Source: an archaeon (GTDB taxonomy: Archaea > Iainarchaeota > Iainarchaeia > Iainarchaeales > JANQMZ01). Taken from it: a stretch of 32,000 bases of DNA. Of this stretch, positions 15,144 to 23,288 are shown piece by piece (position 1 is the first letter of the stretch; each line of letters starts with the position of its first letter). The notes beneath the pieces are model-generated. The model had not been told where the DNA came from. It searched no databases and worked only from the letters and a program-made list of their open reading frames with translations. The stretch is from positions 780,001-812,000 of the forward strand of contig JANQMZ010000007.1 in the NCBI GenBank assembly GCA_028279805.1, read 5' to 3'. Made by a program: the position numbers and the translations under genes.

Positions 15144-17318
15144 ATGCCAAAAAAATTTATCCTGATAGCCATGGCTATTATGGTATTAAGTTCACCGGTT
15201 TTTGCAGATTCCTGGTGGAATTCCGAATACAAAAACAGGACACCTTTAACTCTTGACCTTAACAAAAACAAATATTTTGGAATAGGTGACACGCTTGATT
15301 TAAATTTTTTAGATTTTAATTCAATGACAATTGCATGCAACGATTTGAATGATTTAAGAATTGTTGACCATGACAACAAAGAACTTGAAAGAATAATTTT
15401 GGGAAACAAAAACAGCAAAAACGGAAACATTTTTGCAACAGTTAAAACCGGTTTTGGTTCTGGAAAACACGTCTGGCATTTATATTCAAACAATCCCAGT
15501 TGTTCAAATCCTCCTAAAAAAATTAATTCTGTTATTAAAAATCGTTCTTTTGAACCAGCCTCTAATTTTAACTGGAGCGGAAAAACAGGACATTCCTGTG
15601 ACGGCGAATCATGCGGAGAACAACCACCCCAATATGATAATTCTTCATCTTCATCCTCTGAATATTTTTCACATGAAAAACATTCATGGAAACTTTACAC
15701 ATATGTTTACAGTGAAAGTTCAAATTCTGACCCTCATTCAAATGCCTGGGTTTTTCAAAAAAATGTTGATTTAAATAATGTTAACGGAATAAGAACCGAT
15801 TATAATTCAAGCAGCCGGGGAAAAAATGCTCAGATTCAAAACCAGTTTCTTTTAAAAATTTCAGGAGAGCCGGTGCATGAAATTTTTTCATATCCCGGGA
15901 AACAGCAGGGTGAAAAAAATGCTTTTGACAAATATTTGTTTCAGAACAAGTTAAATTTAACAGATGTGAATTACTGGTCTGAAGCTTATATTAATTGTTG
16001 TAGCTCTTCACCCGGCGAATCCGAGTTAACAGTTTTCGTTGACAACATTATAACTTTTTCTTCAGTTAAGCACAGCCTCGGAATAGAAGAAAGTCAGGGA
16101 AATTCTCCTGATGTAAATTTTTTAAAACCGGACATAAATGCAGTTATTAACAGAATTGACTCAAATAACCATATTATTGCATTTTCTTATTCTGATTTGG
16201 ATGAATCACAGCAAATGTTTGCACAACTCGGATGGCATTATTCGGACGGAAACAGCTTTGATAACATCATTATATCTGACTTAAATCTGAACAATTCACA
16301 GAATTGTAACGATTTTGATTTTAATACAGCCACAACCCAAAACTGTTTTTTTGACTGGAATTCTTATCCTCAGAAAACAACCCAAATTTTTATTGATTTA
16401 AAAGTTTTTGACTTGTTTGATTCAAACTATGTTTTTTCAGGGCCTTTTTTCACTGACTTTAATTCTCCAACTTTACAAATTTTTTCCCCGGATGAAAATG
16501 AGACAATTGAAACTGAAAACGTTCTGGTTCAGTTTGATGCAAATGATTCCTGTGGCCTGCAAAAATTTTTAATAAAACTTAACGATAAAGAATGGATTGA
16601 CAAAGGATTGGAAAAACAGCATTTGTTTGAAAATGTTGAAAACGGAAAACATGTTGTTATAGTTCAATCTTTTGATTTGTGTTCAAATGATTCAAATAAA
16701 AGTGTTAATTTTTTTGTACAGGTTCCCGAACCTGAACCCCAACCTCAAAATCCTCCTTCCCCGCCTTCATCCGGAGGCGGTGGTGCCGGTGGGGGCGGTG
16801 GTGGCGGAGGCGGCGGCCTTTTCCAAAAACCGAATTTTTTAATAAAAAATACAAACCAAAAAGAAATTGATGTTAATTTTTTGCTAAAAGATAATCAGAA
16901 TGAATTGAAAGAATGTGTTTTCTTTTTTGAATTTGTTCCAGAATTTGTTTCTTTTTCAGACGCATTTTTTGAATTTGAACAAAAACCTTTAACTTTTTCA
17001 GTTTCAAATAATTCAGTTAAATTTGATAAAAGTTTTTGCAATATTGTTGAAACAGGGGAACATGTTGTCATATTTTCATCAAATGAAAATGAATGGATTG
17101 TTACTTTTTTAAACGGCAAAGTGTTTGATGCCCGTGAAAAAAACAGTTTTGAATTTGTTAAAAATGATTCCGGTTTAACGGGTTTTTTTGTTTTGCCTGA
17201 TCTGAATCAGATTGCCTGGCCCGTTCCTCTTGCTTTTATTTTGTTTTTGCTGGCTGTCTTTGTTTTTTTTAAAAAGCTTAAAAAAACGCCTGTGAAAAAA
17301 ACTGAAAATCCTTTTTAA
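15144..17318 (+). CDS. Secreted, C-terminally membrane-anchored surface protein (DUF2341-like N-terminus, Pro/Gly linker)
   Basis: Signal peptide 'MPKKFILIAMAIMVLSSPVFA|D'. 'SWWNSEYKNRTPLTL' resembles the start of DUF2341 domains. Many Cys residues and N-x-S/T sequons. Linker 'PEPEPQPQNPPSPPSSGGGGAGGGGGGGGGG'. C-terminal TM 'WPVPLAFILFLLAVFVFF' followed by KKLKK. The ATG at 15144 follows SD-like GAGAGGAG. The TTG at 15138 is the ORF-track start. Confidence 0.75.
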   Translation: MPKKFILIAMAIMVLSSPVFADSWWNSEYKNRTPLTLDLNKNKYFGIGDTLDLNFLDFNSMTIACNDLNDLRIVDHDNKELERIILGNKNSKNGNIFATVKTGFGSGKHVWHLYSNNPSCSNPPKKINSVIKNRSFEPASNFNWSGKTGHSCDGESCGEQPPQYDNSSSSSSEYFSHEKHSWKLYTYVYSESSNSDPHSNAWVFQKNVDLNNVNGIRTDYNSSSRGKNAQIQNQFLLKISGEPVHEIFSYPGKQQGEKNAFDKYLFQNKLNLTDVNYWSEAYINCCSSSPGESELTVFVDNIITFSSVKHSLGIEESQGNSPDVNFLKPDINAVINRIDSNNHIIAFSYSDLDESQQMFAQLGWHYSDGNSFDNIIISDLNLNNSQNCNDFDFNTATTQNCFFDWNSYPQKTTQIFIDLKVFDLFDSNYVFSGPFFTDFNSPTLQIFSPDENETIETENVLVQFDANDSCGLQKFLIKLNDKEWIDKGLEKQHLFENVENGKHVVIVQSFDLCSNDSNKSVNFFVQVPEPEPQPQNPPSPPSSGGGGAGGGGGGGGGGLFQKPNFLIKNTNQKEIDVNFLLKDNQNELKECVFFFEFVPEFVSFSDAFFEFEQKPLTFSVSNNSVKFDKSFCNIVETGEHVVIFSSNENEWIVTFLNGKVFDAREKNSFEFVKNDSGLTGFFVLPDLNQIAWPVPLAFILFLLAVFVFFKKLKKTPVKKTENPF
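16725..16817 (+). repeat. Low-complexity GC-rich coding tract (Pro-rich then 15-codon Gly/Ala run)
   Basis: CCN/GAA repeats are followed by gga ggc ggt ggt gcc ggt ggg ggc ggt ggt ggc gga ggc ggc ggc (16773-16817). This is the most GC-rich stretch in the window. Confidence 0.9.
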
Positions 17319-17410
17319 ACTTTTTTTGAGTTATTAAAGCTTTTAGGGGTTGTTTTTTAAAAGTTTTCAAGGAAATTTAGTTATATTGTCTTTATTTAGG
17401 GGGAAAAACT

Positions 17411-18589
17411 GTGCAAGGTTTTGTTAAAAAAGCTCTTTCAAAAGCTGCTGAGATTGAAAAAAGGCCGAAGTCAAAGCCAAAAAGAATTATTGAAGCGGCT
17501 AAAAAAGCGGCAAAAAAATCATCCAAAAAGCCCAAAAAAGCTAATTTAAGCAATCAGGAACTTGACAATGTTTTAAAAACTTCAAAAGCTAAAATCAGGG
17601 TTATCGGAATTGGCGGCGGGGGCTGTAATACAATTCAAAGAATGACTGAGGTTGGAATACTTGGCTCTGAAACTTTTGCTGTTAATACTGATGCACAGGA
17701 TTTGCTTCAGACAAATTCTGATAAAAAAATTTTAATAGGCAGGGAAATAACAAAAGGCTTGGGTTCAGGGTCTGACCCTTCTGTCGGAGAAGCTTCAGCT
17801 AAGGAAAGCCATAAAGAACTGAACAAATTGTTAAAAGATTCTGATTTGCTGTTTATTACATGCGGTTTAGGCGGAGGAACAGGAACAGGTGCTTCACCGG
17901 CTATCGCTGAAATCGGAAAAAACAACAAATGTTTAACTGTGGCTGTAGTAACATTGCCTTTTACTGTTGAAGGAAAAAAAAGAATGGAAAATGCTTTGGA
18001 AGGCTTGTCAAGATTGAAAGAATTTGCAGACACTGTTATTGTAATTCCCAATGACAAAATTTTGGAAATAGCACCAGACCTGCCTGTTAATGCTGCATTT
18101 AAAGTTGCAGATGAAGTTTTGACAAATGCTGTTAAAGGAATCGTTGAACTTGTCACAAGACCTGGTTTGATTAATCTGGATTTTGCAGATTTAAGAACAA
18201 TTTTAAAAAGAGGTGGCGCGGCAATGATTGGATTAGGTGAAAGTGCATCCGGGGATACGTCAGAGGTAAGAGCACTTGAAGCTGTGGAAAACGCTTTAAC
18301 TTCACCGTTATTGGATGTTGATGTTTCAGATGCCAAAAGAGCATTGATTAATGTGATTGGTGGAAATGAAATGACTTTGCGTGAAGCTGAAATGATTGTT
18401 GAAACAGTTGCTTCAAGAATTCATGGCGACGCTCATATAATCTGGGGTGCAATGGTTAACGAGGACATGCCTAAAAGCAATATTCAGGCAATGGTTGTTG
18501 TAGCCGGAGGCAAATTTCCTTACCTGGATAATCTTGAAGGAATTGCTGAAGGAAAAGGAATTGATTTGGGCATAGAATTCGCGGACTGA
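17411..18589 (+). CDS. ftsZ: Cell division GTPase FtsZ
   Basis: 'IRVIGIGGGGCNTIQRM', 'NTDAQDL' and the tubulin signature 'GLGGGTGTGASPAIAE'. GTG start preceded by AGGGGG. Lys-rich N-terminal extension. Confidence 0.95.
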   Translation: MQGFVKKALSKAAEIEKRPKSKPKRIIEAAKKAAKKSSKKPKKANLSNQELDNVLKTSKAKIRVIGIGGGGCNTIQRMTEVGILGSETFAVNTDAQDLLQTNSDKKILIGREITKGLGSGSDPSVGEASAKESHKELNKLLKDSDLLFITCGLGGGTGTGASPAIAEIGKNNKCLTVAVVTLPFTVEGKKRMENALEGLSRLKEFADTVIVIPNDKILEIAPDLPVNAAFKVADEVLTNAVKGIVELVTRPGLINLDFADLRTILKRGGAAMIGLGESASGDTSEVRALEAVENALTSPLLDVDVSDAKRALINVIGGNEMTLREAEMIVETVASRIHGDAHIIWGAMVNEDMPKSNIQAMVVVAGGKFPYLDNLEGIAEGKGIDLGIEFAD

Positions 18590-18594
18590 TTTAA

Positions 18595-18780
18595 GTGAAT
18601 CCTTTAAAAGCATTGGGAGAATTCTGGGAATCAGCCAAACGGGTTTTAATTGTTTCAAAAAAACCTGACGGAAAAGAATATACTACTTTGTTAAAAATAA
18701 CGGGTTTGGGGATACTTTTAATAGGTTTTATTGGTTATGTGATTTATTTAATTTTCACTATCACGGGCCTGGGAACTTAA
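18595..18780 (+). CDS. secE: Protein translocase subunit SecE (Sec61 gamma)
   Basis: 61 aa. 'FWESAKRVLIVSKKPDGKEY' followed by a single TM helix. Conserved position between ftsZ and spt5. GTG start 5 nt after the ftsZ stop. Confidence 0.85.
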   Translation: MNPLKALGEFWESAKRVLIVSKKPDGKEYTTLLKITGLGILLIGFIGYVIYLIFTITGLGT

Positions 18781-18854
18781 AGCTTTAATTTAAAAGGTTT
18801 TCATTTGCCAATATTAATGCCTTTTTTTTATTATTTTTTTAAGGTTTTTTTAAA

Positions 18855-19295
18855 ATGATTTTTACTGTTAGAACCACGGTAGGACAGGAATCCTTAGTTG
18901 TAGACATACTTAAAAGAAAACTTGCAAAAGAAGAATTAAACATTTACGCTCTGGGAGTCATTCCCGGATTGAAAGGTTATATTTTAATTGAAGCTGACAA
19001 TGAAGTAACAGTTCAAAGAGGCATAACTGACACTCCTCATATTAAAGGCAGGGGAATTGTCGGCGGGGAAATAAAACTTGAAGAATTGTCATCATTATTA
19101 GAATCAAAACCTTTAATGAAAAGCATTAAGGAAGGGGACATGGTTCAAATAATTGCCGGCCCGTTTAACAAAGAAAAGGCCCGTGTGAAAAGAATTAATC
19201 CGACAAAAGAAGATGTTACTCTGGAATTATTGGAAGCTGCTGTTAAAATTCCTATTACAATTAAAGCAGAACACATAAGGGTTATAAGAGATTAA
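18855..19295 (+). CDS. spt5: Transcription elongation factor Spt5 (archaeal NusG)
   Basis: NGN domain 'IFTVRTTVGQE...KGYILIEA' and KOW motif 'GDMVQIIAGPFNKEKARVKRI'. Conserved position upstream of rpl11. Confidence 0.9.
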   Translation: MIFTVRTTVGQESLVVDILKRKLAKEELNIYALGVIPGLKGYILIEADNEVTVQRGITDTPHIKGRGIVGGEIKLEELSSLLESKPLMKSIKEGDMVQIIAGPFNKEKARVKRINPTKEDVTLELLEAAVKIPITIKAEHIRVIRD

Positions 19296-19309
19296 AAAAA
19301 GGTGAAAAA

Positions 19310-19783
19310 ATGTCAAAAGTTAGTGTAATGATTGAGGGAGGAAAAGCAACAGCTGCTGCTCCGCTTGGCCCGGCTTTAGGTCCTTTAGGTGTTGATGTTG
19401 GGGCAATTGTTGACAAAATTAATGAAAAAACTGCAACTTTTAACGGAATGAAAGTTCCGGTTGAAATAGAGGTTAATTCTGATAAAACTTTTGAAGTTAG
19501 TGTGGGCACACCTCCAATGAGTGCTTTGATTAAAAAAGAATTAAATCTGCAAAAAGCAGCGGGAAACCCGAAAACAGAAAAAGCCGGAAACATATCCTTA
19601 GAACAGGTTAAAAATATTGCAAAATCAAAACAGGACAGTTTGTCTTCCTATAAATTAAAATCTTCAGTTAAAGAAGTTGTGGGAACCTGTGACAGCATGG
19701 GAATTTATGTTGAAGGAAAAAAAGCATCAGAATTCATTAAAGATATTGAATCAGGGCAATACGATTCACAGCTTCAGGAATAA
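19310..19783 (+). CDS. rpl11: 50S ribosomal protein L11
   Basis: 'GGKATAAAPLGPALGPLGVDVGAIVDKINEKT' is the canonical L11 N-terminal domain. SD AGGTGA lies upstream. Confidence 0.95.
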   Translation: MSKVSVMIEGGKATAAAPLGPALGPLGVDVGAIVDKINEKTATFNGMKVPVEIEVNSDKTFEVSVGTPPMSALIKKELNLQKAAGNPKTEKAGNISLEQVKNIAKSKQDSLSSYKLKSSVKEVVGTCDSMGIYVEGKKASEFIKDIESGQYDSQLQE

Positions 19784-19849
19784 AGCTATTTAAACCTTTT
19801 CACACAATTTTAATGTTATAGCCTAATTTTAGGCCGTTTTCACTGCTTC

Positions 19850-20521
19850 ATGCAGGAGGTTTTCAAGTTGAATGAAAAAGAAATTCTGACAGCTTTAGAG
19901 CAAATGGAAAAAAATTCAAAAAAAAGAAAATTTGAACAAACAATAGAATTAACCATAAATTTTAAGGATATGGATCCAAAAAAAGCTGACAATCAAATTG
20001 ATGTAAAAGTTAATTTTCCGCATTCAACAGGAAGAGGCTCAGGAAAAGCTTTGCTTTTTGCAAAAACAAAAGAATTTGCAGACAAAGTAAAAGAATTATT
20101 TGCAACAATTATAATGGAAGACAAAATTTCAGAATTAAAAAAAACAGATATTGCAAAAATTTTAGAACATGATGTTTTGCTGGCGGAAGGGTCTGCAATG
20201 CTAACAGTCGGAAAACATTTAGGGCAGGATTTAGCTCCCAAAGGAAAAATGCCAAAACCAATAACTCCGCAACAGGCTGATGAAATTAAAAATATTGTAT
20301 CAAGCGCCAAATCTTCAGTAAGAATTACAAACAAAAAAGGAAAAGGCATTCCTTTGGTTCAGGTTGTTGTAGGAAAAGAATCATTTAAAGAAAAAGATTT
20401 GGCTGAAAACATTCTGACTGCGGTTAAGGCAGTGGAAAATGTTTTGCCTAAAAAAAAGCAGAACATTAAATCAATCTTTGTTAAAAAAACAATGGGACAG
20501 GCAATAAGGGTGAGCATATGA
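19850..20521 (+). CDS. rpl1: 50S ribosomal protein L1
   Basis: 'KKRKFEQTIELTINFKDMDPKK...QIDVKVNFPHSTGR' is the L1 pattern. An alternative in-frame TTG at 19868 lies 8 nt after GGAGGT (19854-19859) and would give MNEKEIL... Confidence 0.92.
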   Translation: MQEVFKLNEKEILTALEQMEKNSKKRKFEQTIELTINFKDMDPKKADNQIDVKVNFPHSTGRGSGKALLFAKTKEFADKVKELFATIIMEDKISELKKTDIAKILEHDVLLAEGSAMLTVGKHLGQDLAPKGKMPKPITPQQADEIKNIVSSAKSSVRITNKKGKGIPLVQVVVGKESFKEKDLAENILTAVKAVENVLPKKKQNIKSIFVKKTMGQAIRVSI

Positions 20522-21606
20522 AACAGCACACATTGCAATGGAAAAAAACAGAATTAGAATCAATAAAAGAATCATTACAACAATATCCTGTTATTGGAAT
20601 TGTAGATTTAACAATGTTGCCGGCTCAATTGTTTGCAGATGTCAGAAAAAAACTTTACCCTGAATCAAAAATTAAGGTCACAAAAACAAGAATTTTAAAA
20701 AGAGCTTTGGATGATGCAAATATTGATTTTAAAGGCCTGAATGAACTGGTTGAAGGGCCGGTCGGAATCATTTTAACATCCAAAAATCCTTTTGAATTAT
20801 ATTCTTTTATTAAAAAAAACAGAACCAATGCACCGGCAAAACCGGGCATAGAAGCGCCAAATGATATTATTGTTCCCGCCGGAGACACTGGTTTGCCTCC
20901 TGGACCCGCTTTAAGCACTTTAAAGGCTGCCGGACTGGAAACAAAAGTTCAGGGGCCTACAATTGAAGTTGCTGCAGATAAAATTGTTACAAAGCAAGGT
21001 GAAATAGTTTCACAGGAAGTTGCAACTGTTTTGTCAACTTTAAATATTAAACCTTTAAAAGTCGGGTTAAAAATTTTAGGCGTGTTTGAAAAAGGCACAA
21101 TTTTCAAGCCTGAAGTTCTGGATATTGACACTGAACAAATGTTTAATGATTTTGTTTCAGCTCATTCAAAAGCATTCAATTTGGCTTTCAGTATTGGTTA
21201 TACAACAAAAGAAAACATTGAATTGTTTTTGCAAAAAGCATTCAACGATTCAAAAACACTGGCATTGGAAGCAAATGTTTTAACAAAAGAAACAACTCCT
21301 CAATTGCTGGCAAAAGCTTCAATGCAGGCAAAAGCATTACAATCAGCTTTGCCTGAACCAACAGAAACAAAATCTGATGAACAAAAAGAAGAAACTGGTG
21401 CAAAAGAGGAAAAAGAAGAAGAACCGGAACAAAAAGAAACAACGGAAGAAAAAGAACAAAGTGAAGAATCAAAAGAACAGGAACAGCCAAAAGAACCGGA
21501 AGAAAAATCTGAAGAAGCAAACGAAGAGAAAACAAAGGAAGAACCAACACAAGAAACTGAAAAAGAAAAACCAAGTGAAACAAAAGAAGAGGAGAAAAAA
21601 GAATAA
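20518..21606 (+). CDS. rpl10: 50S ribosomal stalk protein L10 / P0 with extended K/E-rich C-terminal tail
   Basis: P0 core ('VIGIVDLTMLPAQLFADVRKKL', 'GDTGLPPGPALSTLKAAGL'). The start overlaps the rpl1 stop (ATGA). The 84-aa tail (nt 21352-21603) ends '...ETKEEEKKE'. Confidence 0.9.
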   Translation: MKQHTLQWKKTELESIKESLQQYPVIGIVDLTMLPAQLFADVRKKLYPESKIKVTKTRILKRALDDANIDFKGLNELVEGPVGIILTSKNPFELYSFIKKNRTNAPAKPGIEAPNDIIVPAGDTGLPPGPALSTLKAAGLETKVQGPTIEVAADKIVTKQGEIVSQEVATVLSTLNIKPLKVGLKILGVFEKGTIFKPEVLDIDTEQMFNDFVSAHSKAFNLAFSIGYTTKENIELFLQKAFNDSKTLALEANVLTKETTPQLLAKASMQAKALQSALPEPTETKSDEQKEETGAKEEKEEEPEQKETTEEKEQSEESKEQEQPKEPEEKSEEANEEKTKEEPTQETEKEKPSETKEEEKKE

Positions 21607-21630
21607 TTTTTATTTTTAAGAGGTGAAAAT

Positions 21631-21948
21631 ATGGAATATATCTATTCTGCAATGTTGTTGCATTCTGCTGGAAAAGAAGTTTCAGAAGAATCAGTAACAT
21701 CTGTTCTGAAATCAGCCGGAATTAAAGCTGATGATGGCAGAGTCAAAGCATTAGTTGCATCTTTAAAAGATGTTAACATTGATGAAGCCATTGAAAAAGC
21801 TGCTGTTGCTCCAGCTGCTGCTCCTGCTGCCGCTGCACCTGCTGCGGATGCACAAGGAGGAGAAGAAAAAGCTGAAGAAAAAAAACAGGAAGACAGTGGT
21901 AAATCAGAAGAAGAAGCTGCAGAAGGATTAGGCGCCTTATTCGGCTAA
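21631..21948 (+). CDS. rpl12: 50S ribosomal stalk protein L12 / P1
   Basis: '[22 protein letters not shown]' N-terminal dimerisation domain, an Ala/Pro hinge, and the conserved C-terminus '[13 protein letters not shown]'. SD GAGGTGA lies upstream. Confidence 0.95.
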   Translation: MEYIYSAMLLHSAGKEVSEESVTSVLKSAGIKADDGRVKALVASLKDVNIDEAIEKAAVAPAAAPAAAAPAADAQGGEEKAEEKKQEDSGKSEEEAAEGLGALFG

Positions 21949-21954
21949 TAATCC

Positions 21955-21970
21955 TTTTTTTTTTATTTTT
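21955..21970 (+). terminator. Oligo-T tract (T10-A-T5), likely archaeal terminator of the ribosomal protein operon
   Basis: Begins 7 nt after the rpl12 stop. Archaeal termination commonly uses T-runs. Confidence 0.4.
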
Positions 21971-21985
21971 AGCCATTTCGGCTTT

Positions 21986-23224
21986 TTAGGTTAATAAAAG
22001 CCTTAAGTAAAACAATGGTGAGAAAAACTGTTGTTTTGCATCTTCGTTGGCCAGCATGCCTGAAATAATTTTTGCCACTTCCTGTTTGGCTGCTGCTTTT
22101 TTTACAATAAAATTTAACAAAGTATAATTCCTGCCAATTATCTGCAAACGCCTGCTTGTTTTTAATTCCCCTGTTAATAATTGTCTTAATTCTTTTTCAT
22201 ATTGTGATAAAAAGTTTGCAGAAAGATCATTTGTTTTAATTGCCTGTTTTGCATATTTTGCCGCCAGTCTTCCTGAAAACATTGCATTGCCAACACCCTC
22301 CCCGGTAAAAGGGTCAATTAGTGAAGCTGCATCTCCGATTAACATGTAACCCGGGCCGTGGCATTTTCTTATTTTTGAACCCAATGGCAAATTCCAGCCT
22401 TTTACTTCGTCCAATTGCTTTGCATTTTTGAATCTTTTTTTAAACAATGGATTGTTTTCAATTGCATCAAACATTGCTTCTTTCAGGTTGACATTTTTTT
22501 TTCTCATTTCACTTGCAAGCATTCCCGCTCCGACATTTGCTTTGCCGTCTTCAATTGGAAAAATCCAGAAATAACCTGGCATTGTTTCATCAATAAAATG
22601 CAATTCAATGTTATCAGTTAAATCTTCAATATTATCATAATAGACTCTTATTGCCGCAACCAAATGTTCCGGATCACGGTCCACTAACCCTAATTTATTT
22701 GCAACAATTGAATTTGCTCCGTCTGCTCCAATAACAATTTTTGAATAAAATTCCTGTTCTTTTCCCTGCTTGTTAATTCCTTTCACGCCAATTATTTGTT
22801 CCCCGTTTTTTAACAAATCTGTTACTATAAAATTTTCAATGCATTTATCAACAACTTTTTTTGCATTTTGAAACCAAATATTATCAGCAACTTCTCTGCG
22901 TGCAACATATCCATGGGTTCTTGCAGGGCTGTCAGCCATATTGAAAGGAATTGTCACTTCTGTTCCGTCCGGTGAAGAAAAAATGACTCCTTCAATTTTT
23001 TCATGTTCTTTTTTTTCCAAATCTTTATCCCAGCCTAATTCCCTGATAACACTCATGCTTTTTCCGCTGATTGCATCACCGCAGATTTTGTCTCTGGGAA
23101 ACCGGCTTTTTTCAAGCAATAAAACGCTTAAACCGTGTTTTTTCATTAAACCGGAACAGGTTGATCCTCCCGGTCCTCCGCCAACCACAATAACATCAAA
23201 TTCTTCTTTTGCCATTTTTTTCAC
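21986..23224 (-). CDS. Geranylgeranyl reductase family flavoprotein (likely digeranylgeranylglycerophospholipid reductase)
   Basis: FAD fingerprint 'FDVIVVGGGPGGSTCSG', 'KICGD', 'VIGADGANS' and 'LIGDAASLIDPFTGEGV'. Confidence 0.85.
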   Translation of the reverse strand: MKKMAKEEFDVIVVGGGPGGSTCSGLMKKHGLSVLLLEKSRFPRDKICGDAISGKSMSVIRELGWDKDLEKKEHEKIEGVIFSSPDGTEVTIPFNMADSPARTHGYVARREVADNIWFQNAKKVVDKCIENFIVTDLLKNGEQIIGVKGINKQGKEQEFYSKIVIGADGANSIVANKLGLVDRDPEHLVAAIRVYYDNIEDLTDNIELHFIDETMPGYFWIFPIEDGKANVGAGMLASEMRKKNVNLKEAMFDAIENNPLFKKRFKNAKQLDEVKGWNLPLGSKIRKCHGPGYMLIGDAASLIDPFTGEGVGNAMFSGRLAAKYAKQAIKTNDLSANFLSQYEKELRQLLTGELKTSRRLQIIGRNYTLLNFIVKKAAAKQEVAKIISGMLANEDAKQQFFSPLFYLRLLLT

Positions 23225-23288
23225 CTAAAAAGTAGTTGTTTTCATACTTAAATCTTATTCCAAATTTTGTGAGGCAAAAGCATTAAAA

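Noticed and set aside
15104-15493. 129-aa minus-strand ORF overlapping the 5' end of the surface-protein gene.
   Set aside because: It is antisense to a gene with a clear SD, signal peptide and long coherent ORF, and it has no motifs of its own.
16773-16817. G-rich tract considered as a G-quadruplex-forming regulatory element.
   Set aside because: G runs are mostly only 2 nt long (GGN codons), with a single GGGGG. The tract is fully explained as a poly-Gly coding linker.
17707-18336. 209-aa minus-strand ORF.
   Set aside because: It lies fully inside, and antisense to, the unambiguous ftsZ gene. Its low-complexity Ser/Ala/Thr content mirrors Gly/Ala-rich FtsZ codons.
21242-21700. 152-aa minus-strand ORF and the 80-aa Lys-rich plus-strand ORF (21377-21619).
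   Set aside because: Both are alternative-frame or antisense readings of the GAA/AAA-rich P0 tail. The minus-strand ORF would also run across the rpl12 start. No support beyond open frame.
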